A DNA stretch of 57,426 nt, filler included, from Ionaspis alba (taxonomy: Eukaryota), in the NCBI GenBank assembly GCA_964255285.1. It is 5 parts of 5 records of this genome, joined end to end, with 100 filler letters (N's around TTAATTAATTAA, not from the genome) between each part and the next. Parts side by side here need not be neighbours in the genome. Positions count along the whole stretch, not along the records: positions 46,062 to 57,426 come from CAXUUL010000559.1; 4 more parts are not named here. One strand, 5' to 3'. A program made the position numbers and the translations under genes. The notes beneath the pieces were generated by a model that was given only the letters and a program-made list of their open reading frames with translations, was not told the DNA's origin and searched no databases. Below, piece by piece: positions 49,662 through 57,426 of this stretch (its first letter is position 1; every line of letters starts with the position of its first letter).

Positions 49662-51048
49662 ATGAGCGTTGAAAACCCTCTTCAGATCTGGAGCAGTGAT
49701 GTTTCCACCTTTCCATCTGAGCCTTCAAGTCCCACTCAGATGTATGAAGAACTACCCGAGCATGGACAGAAGAAGAGGAAGCTTGTAAACTTGCCTCCGA
49801 CTCCTCCTAGTCCCGTTGAGGAGGAGTCACTTTCTGCTGGCACATCCGTCTCCGGGGATGATGTCAAATCTGAACTAGGAGACTGTGATGAAGAAGGAAG
49901 CAGCGCCATAGAAAAAGATCAATCAAGAGAAAATGCTCGTTCTATAAGGGACTGGATGAAAGAGGCCTGGACAGAAAAGACCGAGCTGGTATGTCTTCAA
50001 ATTTCGCTTGAGGAGAGAAAGAAAACTAACAAAGACTTGAAGATCATCAATGAGCCATACAACTATCTGATATCACACCCTGGAAAAGACATCCGGAAGC
50101 AGGTTATCGCTGCCTGTAATGTCTGGCTTCAGGTAGACCGTGAGTCACTAGATATCATCGGTGAATCAGTCTCCATGCTGCACAATGCCTCGCTGCTGTA
50201 AGTCAATATCTCTGTATTCAATCTTGACTTCAATGCATTACCTTGTCAAGTCAGGATCTAAGTTATTTCATACAGCATCGACGACATCCAAGATAGCTCT
50301 CAAATCCGTCGAGGCTTTCCTGTAGCTCATAATGTCTACGGCATCGCTCAGACCATCAACAGCGCCAATTACGTCTACTTCCAAGCCCAACAGCATTTGA
50401 TGAGGCTACAAAACTGGCCAGCTGCCGTCGAAATTTTCAACGAGGAGTTGTTGAATCTTCACCGCGGTCAAGGCATGGATCTCTTCTGGCGAGACACTCT
50501 GACCACCCCGACAGAAGAGGAATACTTGCAGATGATCTCCAATAAGACCGGTGGTCTCTTCAGACTGATGATTCGACTCATGATGACCCAGAGCCGGACT
50601 GGAATCGATCTGGTCCCATTCGCCGAAGTCATGGGATTGATCTTCCAGATCCAGGATGATTACAAGAATTTGACATCTGCCCAGGTAAGTGCCATATCAA
50701 TCAAGCAACTACGAACAATGAGACTGGGTGCTGACTACGTAACAGATGAGCTCAGCAAAAGGCTATTGCGAAGATCTGACGGAGGGCAAATTCTCCTTCC
50801 CCATCATCCACGCCATCCGTCACAGCCCCTCGGACAACAACGAGGTCATGAACATCCTCAAGCTCAAAACCGAGGATCATGCACTCAAGGAACATGTTGT
50901 CAAATACATGTCTGACTCGGTCAAGAGCTTTGACTACACGAAGAAGATTGTACAGGATTTGTATGTGCAAGCGAGTCAGATGATGGAGGAGCTGCAGCCG
51001 TGTAATCTGACTATGAAGCTTATCTTGGATAAGCTGGTTGCTGAGTAG
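49662..51048 (+). CDS. geranylgeranyl diphosphate synthase (cluster-associated, ggs2/PaxG-like); 4 exons
   Basis: [14 protein letters not shown]; first Asp-rich motif [44 protein letters not shown]; second Asp-rich motif [21 protein letters not shown]. Confidence 0.94.
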
Positions 51049-51558
51049 AAGCTTGGATTGGATCTCACAGGGGCGGGGCAAGGCGCGGTATTGGCGTTTG
51101 GTGATTGTATTGAGCAACAGCAGTGCTAGTCATTTAGATATCCAATAAATGCCAATTATGCAAACTCTATCATATGTTCCAAAGTGAGATATCGTGGTAT
51201 GGTCGTTAGGATGATTCATCCTCGAATGATGGCAGTCACTGATAAGCCTAAGGAGAGTCTGTGCCGTGACTGCCAAGGTAATCCTCCTCGGCCCCAAAGC
51301 AAACCCCCGAACTTGGGCCAACTGTTCTCACAAATTGACACTTCCAACCAGAGATTTCTCAGCTCGGAAAATTTCGTGATCACGGTCAAGAAGTAGAAGA
51401 TGTAGTGATAAGGTCATAAAGCATTTCTGGTGCTAAACTACTCTCCCCTCACCATAGCCTTTACGAAAACTCTGACTACCCGACATCTAGATAAAAACTT
51501 GGAATTCGCATGCCATCAAGTAAGGCCCTCCCAGTCATTCAGCCATGTCAACAAACAA

Positions 51559-53340
51559 TCACAACATGGTCGAAACCTTCTCATTCTTCTCCGTCCTCTT
51601 CCTCATCAGCAGCCTAGCCGATGGATCCGGATAGATGTTCTCATCAGCAGTCATATTCTTCGGCCGACCCTTACCTTCCGGATACTTAAAGTCGTACTCC
51701 AACAACAAGTGCGAGAGTAGCATCTTGATCTCATTTGCTGCGAAGAATCTGCCCGGGCAGGAGAACTTGCCATGACCAAAGTGGAGATGGTCTTTGGATG
51801 TGACAGCAAACTGGTGCTTGTTAGCTTCGGCGGGATCTTCACGCTTGCGGTACCAGCGGAAGGGATCGAAAGTGTCGGGATCGGGGACTACAGAAGCGTC
51901 CATCATGATTGGAGCTGCGGCCACGGCGACGTGTGTGCCTTTCGGGAGCTTGACACCGTCGGAAAGGGTCAAGTGAGACGTTGCAATACGATTGAATGCC
52001 ACTGGCTTATGTCAGACGTGGATTCCCCACACAGAAGGGATATCATGTTAGGGATACTTACATAAACTAGGAGGGTTGATCCTCTGAGACTCCTTCAAGA
52101 AGCTGTCCAGCTTGCGCATCTTGGTCAAAGTGGTCTTGTTCCAGCCACCATCTTGGCTCAAGACTGCCTCCATTTCCTCGCGGACTGGCTCTAGGAATTC
52201 CCGATGAGCACAAAGGTCGTAGAGAGCATGAGCGGCGGACATAGTCGTGGTGTGAATAGATGCCAAGCTGACCAAGAGCTGTCGATGGGCAAGTTTGTAT
52301 GGCTTGCCTTCGTCCTCATCGGCGGCATCCATCATCCATTGAAGAAAGTCGACCGGCTTCTGGTAATCTGGACCTTGCTCAGCTTCTGTTTTGCGGCGCT
52401 CGTTGACCAGTGGGACGATAAGTTTCTTGCTAAGACGGAGATTCTGGTGGATCCGGTACCAGGAAGGTAGGAAACGGACAACGAAGGGATGCATATATCC
52501 TGGGAACATCCGGAGGGCAATAACGGTCATGAAGATGTTCTCGGTGTAGTGGATTGAAGTCTCAAGCCATTCCTCGTTACGGCATAGTGGAAAGCCCACA
52601 AAGATTCTGGCCGAGATGCGGGCCACGATGCGGAGTAAAATGTCGTAGATTGACACTTCGACCCAGTCTGCAGAGGGTCACATGTTAGCACACTTTAATG
52701 ATTTGTACTGACAGACGCTTCAGCTCACCATCTGCCTTGGGCACTTCCACGCCGATTGCAAAATTGAGTTCATCTCGGATGATGTGGACCAGTGATCCGA
52801 GGCTAGGAGTCAACTTGGTTTGAAGAGTTCGAGTGTGAAGATCACTTTCAAGAAGAATGTTTGTTGTCGAATAAGGTCCAAGGAGATTCTAGTCAAAGTC
52901 AGTTTTCTGGATCTCTCCCAGTATGTTCGAGAGTTCAAGGCTCAACCAACCTTGATATGAGCATGGATAGCACTGGCTTTAGCATCCGGAAGAGCTCGAA
53001 GTTCATCGACGTACTTGTTCGAGATGACAAGAATATCTGCATCATTGCGGCGAACCTTGAACATGTTGTTCTTGAACTTATTGTAGCCTTCCATCACAAT
53101 TGGCCATGCTCCCTGGCAGAAGCGAAATCTCAGGATGAAAGTTGGTTCCCAGAAGCTGCGGTAGCCAACGAAGGGAGCTTTGACCTTGACATCGTTGCGG
53201 AACAGAGAGCTCAGCATGAAAAGACCTGCAAGACCTGCAAATACGAGTTTGACTGAGACCTGCCAGTCGATGCCGTCTTTCCACTGTTTGTCAAGATACT
53301 CAGTGCCCCAAGTGGGTATGCTATCAATAGTAGAATTCAT
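51559..53340 (-). CDS. cytochrome P450, CYP503-like (ent-kaurene oxidase-like), cluster P450 B; 4 exons
   Basis: N-terminal APFVGYRSFWEPTFILRFRF resembles Fusarium P450-4 (CYP503A1) as recalled. I-helix SLASIHTT; KESQR; heme motif FGHGKFSCPGRFFA. Confidence 0.92.
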
Positions 53341-54534
53341 CTTCTGGTGTTCAACTCGTTCAGTCAAGATGTGTTTGACCAAAGCAAAGGCTAGCAAAAC
53401 AACACTCAGTCGATTTGTGTCACAGGACAATTCTTTGGAGGATGATACAGAGAGAGCAGTGATCCAGAGATATCGAAAGGGGCCAATTAAAGAGAAATGG
53501 TAGGATGATGCTCGACCCCTCTCATTCACCTATGATACTCTGAATTATTAAGGTTATCCACGTAAACCACGCTTCAGGAGGCCACGCCTCAGGATGATCG
53601 AAGCGGTGAAGAGATAGCAAGGTGCTGCATGCTCGTGCGGCATCCTCAGCTCTAGCATTGCTACGGTGATGAAACGACGACATTGTGCATGCGAAGATAA
53701 GAACCTCTTCCGACGTGTTTTGGTAGATTGAGATTTTGATATCTTGGCGGAAAGAGACCATGCAACATCGGCAAGACTAGGACGAGGGCAGTGACAGGGG
53801 TAGCGGGTGGAGGCTTAAATTACGATACCATTACCATAGCGCGAATACCATAAATACGGATTCTCGGCTCCATCGCGGAAGGATGGTATGAAAGCCTACA
53901 CGTCAACGTACATTCACAAATCTCCATCTTCATCCTTTCGGATCAATAGATAACGACCGGTGGTGATCTCCTAAGGCTGAAGAATTGCATAAAAAGTTGT
54001 GGGGCTAATGTGGCATCGGACTCATGTGACGTTGCAGAATAAAGCCGACATGCAAGGAGATACCCCCGGTCCCCGACAACGACGCTCTGATCCTTGAGGA
54101 TGATGAATATAGCCGCCATGGCCTCCTGGCTGACGCCCATATGCGTACTCGTTCGCTGCGGATATGCAGTCAGCTTATTTTATCCTAGTGTCGGTCTTCC
54201 GCATATTTCGTGCTCCGCAGCCACTGTTACACCGTTCAAGATACGTATGCCTCTTTTGTGTATCGTCAACGATAACGGGTAGAACTGCTCGAACTTGCTT
54301 AGTTAGGTGTACAGAGGTGGTACACCATTGACTCTGACTTGCAGCTCTCCCAATGCTGATCATTTTATTGGATTCGAAAACAATGAGGAAATGAAGTGCA
54401 TTGGCAAAGGAGGAGCGAGGAATGCCAAGCAAGANNNNNNNNNNNNNNNNNNNNNNNNNNNNNNNNNNNNNNNNNNNNNNNNNNNNNNNNNNNNNNNNNN
54501 NNNNNNNNNNNNNNNNNNNNNNNNNNNNNNNNNN

Positions 54535-57424
54535 GAGTCTTTTCAGTATCTCCTGGACGCTCAATCACCGAGAGGCGGATGGGTTTCCGATGGGACACAG
54601 TTCGATGGAATTTTGAATACTATGGCTGCTGTCTTGGCCCTCAGTAGGCACGCCAAAGCTCCCTCTCTTTCGGGAGTCTCCCTCCCGAAAGATCTGGAAT
54701 CACGAATGTCGAATGCCATTGCTTTTCTCCAAGCGGAATTACAGGAATGGGACGTCCAAGCTACCGAGAATGTGGGCTTTGAATACCTGCTTCCAGCACT
54801 TCTAGATCTATTGGAGCAAGACGGAATCTCATTCAACTTTCCTGGCAGGCAATCACTTATGGCAATCAACAAGCAGAAACTTGCAAAGTTCGACCCGAGA
54901 ATGCTGTACAGTACATCAAAATCGACCCCTATACACTCTCTGGAGGCTTTCATCGGCAAGATCGATTTCGACAAAGTGCGTCACCAGAAGGACTTCGGTA
55001 GCATGTTGGCATCTCCTTCTTCGACCGCGGCTTACCTTATGCATTGTTCCCAATGGGACGACGAAGCAGAGGCTTACCTTCGGGTTTGCTTGGCATTCGG
55101 CGAGGGAAAAGGCAATGGAGCTGTTCCGTGTGCTTTTCCAATTACCATCTTCGAGTTGACTTGGGTAACTATTGAGCATGCAACGTCTTTCTAGACTCGA
55201 ATGCTAACGCCAGTAAAGGTGATATCTACTCTTCTTGAGTGTGGCTTTTCAGTCGAATCGCTCGAACCCGATTGTCTATCGAAAGTTGCGGATTACCTTG
55301 AGCTTCATTTACAGGATCAAAATGGTCTTGTTGGTTTTGGTAAGTTGCCAATATAATAATCTTCCTTATACTGAATCTAACATTCTCATGCATCAAGCTC
55401 CTGGACTTCTATCAGATGCAGATGATACAGCGAAGACGATTCTCTCCCTCAACTTGCTTGGCAGGCCAATTTCTCCAGATCAGATGATTGCGGAATTCGA
55501 AACGAAATCGCACTTCCAAACCTACAAGGCTGAGCGGAATGCTAGTTTCAGCGCCAATTGTAATGTCTTGAATGCTCTTCTTCATGACCCCGAACCAGTC
55601 AAATATCTAAGCCAGATACACAAGACCGCCAACTTCCTTTGTGACTCCTGGTGGGCAGGTAGCCTCAAGGACAAGTGGAATCTGGCCCCGCAGTACGCAA
55701 TGATGCTTTTGACCCAAGCCTTGATGAATTTGCTTCGCCTTTGGGACAAGGAAGCGTTATCCACGTTATCTGAAAGGCTTGTCCACGATCGGATTCCTGT
55801 CGTTCTCTTGGAGATCCTGGTTCGAACTTTGGAGAGCCAGAACTCCAATGGATCATGGGGCACCAAAGACTCGTGCGAGGTTACAGCATATGCTGTTCTG
55901 ACCGTCGCATCTGTATCTTCCTTTCCTGCTCTCAGCTCTCTGGGACCACAGATTACCTCCGCCATTACAGCTGGGCGAAAGTTTCTCTCTCTATCCACTG
56001 AGAAATGGAACCAGCCCGATCATCTCTGGATCGAAAAGGTCAACTATGGATCCGCCGTACTCTCACAGACGTACTGCCTAGCAGCCATGAACATCTCCAC
56101 TTCTCCATACACATGGGGACAGAACGTTTCAGGACTTGCTCCAATCCCAATGAAAGCCGTTGCCAAATTCTCCCAATTCTTCTCCAGACTACCTTTATTC
56201 TCCAACGGACCAGAATGGAAGCTCCGTTCCTCCCTCATCGAAGGTTACATGTTCCTTCCCCAACTCAAACGCGTCCGACTCGACATCTTCCCTCGAACCG
56301 AAATGGCTGAAGACAAATACCTCGAATATATCCCCTTTACCTGGACAGCCTCCAACATCATGGGCGGCCACCAGATGAGAGCGGATCTCCTCTGGGAAAT
56401 GATGATCATATCCATGCTCAACTACCAAGCCGACGAATACATGGAAGCGGTCGTCGGCCACCACTTCGAGCACGACCTCGAACCCATCAAGCAAATGATC
56501 CGCGCCCTCTGCAAAGACCCCAAAGACGAGCCTATTCCTTTTCCCTCAACCAACAAAAAACGTCCTCATCCCGACGACGACGATGCCTCCTCTGAACCTG
56601 CCACCAACCCCAACAATAACCACATCATGACCACCACCCCACCCGACACCGACACCGAAGGCCCCAACATCTCCGAAATCCGCAAAGTCCTCGGCCGCTT
56701 TACTACCTACGTCCTCACCCACCCCGCCACCCTTTCGGCCTCCCTCCACGACCAACGTCTCCTCCGCCACGAACTCTCCACCTTCCTCCTCGCCCACCTC
56801 ACCCACGTCGAAGACAACACCCGCTTCGGGCGTCAAAACCCCTCCTCCGTCACGCACACCACCCCCTTCCTCTCGCCCTCCTCATCTACATACTATGATT
56901 GGGTCCGCACCACCTCGGCGGATCATACCTCGTGTCCTTATTCGTTCGTGCTGTATGGATGTCTGGTTGCGGCGAATGGGAAGGGGAGGGATGCGTGGAG
57001 GGGCGTTAGGGAGAAGTATGTCGCCAGGGATTTGTGTCGCCATTTGGCGGCTATGTGTCGCATGTACAATGATTTTGGGAGTGTGGGCAGGGATCGGGAG
57101 GAGGAGAATTTGAATAGTGTGAATTTTTTGGAGTTTCATCCTGAGGGTTTGGTTGGTGGTGGTGGTGTGGTCGGTGAGTGTAAGGGTGTAAGGGATGATG
57201 ATGGTGCGAATCATGGGGTTGATGGGGAGATGGAGGAGGAGAGGATCAAGAAGGATTTGTTCTTTGTGGCTGAGTATGAGAGGGAGGGGTTGAAGCTGGC
57301 GGTGGGGAAGGTAGAGGGGATGGTCGCGGAGGCGACGAGGAGGGCTTGGAGACTGTTTGTTGATGTTACGGATTTGTATGGGCAGGTTTATGTGGCGAGG
57401 GATATTGCTAGTCGGATGAAGTAG
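54535..57424 (+). CDS. cps/ks: bifunctional class II/class I diterpene cyclase (copalyl diphosphate synthase/kaurene synthase family); 5' end lost in the gap at 54435-54534
   Basis: QxxxGxW repeats (QSPRGGW, QNSNGSW); HSLEAF; ASPSSTAAY; class II DxDD (DADDTAK); KDKWN; LWIEKV; class I DEYME; DHTSCPY; NSE/DTE motif RMYNDFGSVGRD; TDLYGQVYV. Two introns near 55165-55218 and 55340-55397. Confidence 0.95.
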
Positions 57425-57426
57425 TC

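Noticed and set aside
54307..54434. ORF-track N-terminus of the cyclase (MYRGGTP…) upstream of the gap
   Set aside because: It shows no similarity to CPS/KS N-termini and is joined in frame only through Ns of unknown true length.
46472..57424. Calling the cluster a canonical gibberellin cluster
   Set aside because: No CYP68-type GA14 synthase or C20 oxidase and no desaturase are visible, and the cyclase product cannot be read from motifs alone.
1..57426. tRNA, rRNA, CRISPR arrays and transposons
   Set aside because: I found no cloverleaf, rRNA, repeat-spacer array, transposase/RT motif or RIP-degraded AT-rich tract by eye.

Overview
Fungal (Pezizomycotina) genomic DNA with short GT-AG introns and CTRAC branch points. 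The window is not one locus. It is five separate scaffolds (11443, 11428, 11401, 11389 and 11365 bp, in decreasing size) joined by artificial N44-TTAATTAATTAA-N44 linkers, so adjacency across a linker carries no meaning. Scaffolds 1-4 hold mostly housekeeping genes: ILV2, GAL1, MCM10, RNH202, AP-1 gamma adaptin, sterol O-acyltransferase, a BAG co-chaperone, PFF1, RAI1, SMP3, SKP1, an ABCB/MDR transporter, partial VPS13, a DUF3429 protein, a large conserved disordered protein and ERG27. They also carry two secreted Cys-rich proteins (GH45/expansin-like and CFEM). Scaffold 5 (46062-57426) is the highlight: a compact labdane-related diterpenoid biosynthetic gene cluster arranged as two divergent pairs (P450 <- -> GGPP synthase; P450 <- -> bifunctional CPS/KS-type cyclase). 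Both cyclase active sites are intact. Neither P450 looks like the CYP68 type used for gibberellins, so the product is probably a non-gibberellin oxidised diterpenoid. The cluster fills its scaffold and is probably incomplete. Exon boundaries were derived by eye; no database searches were run.
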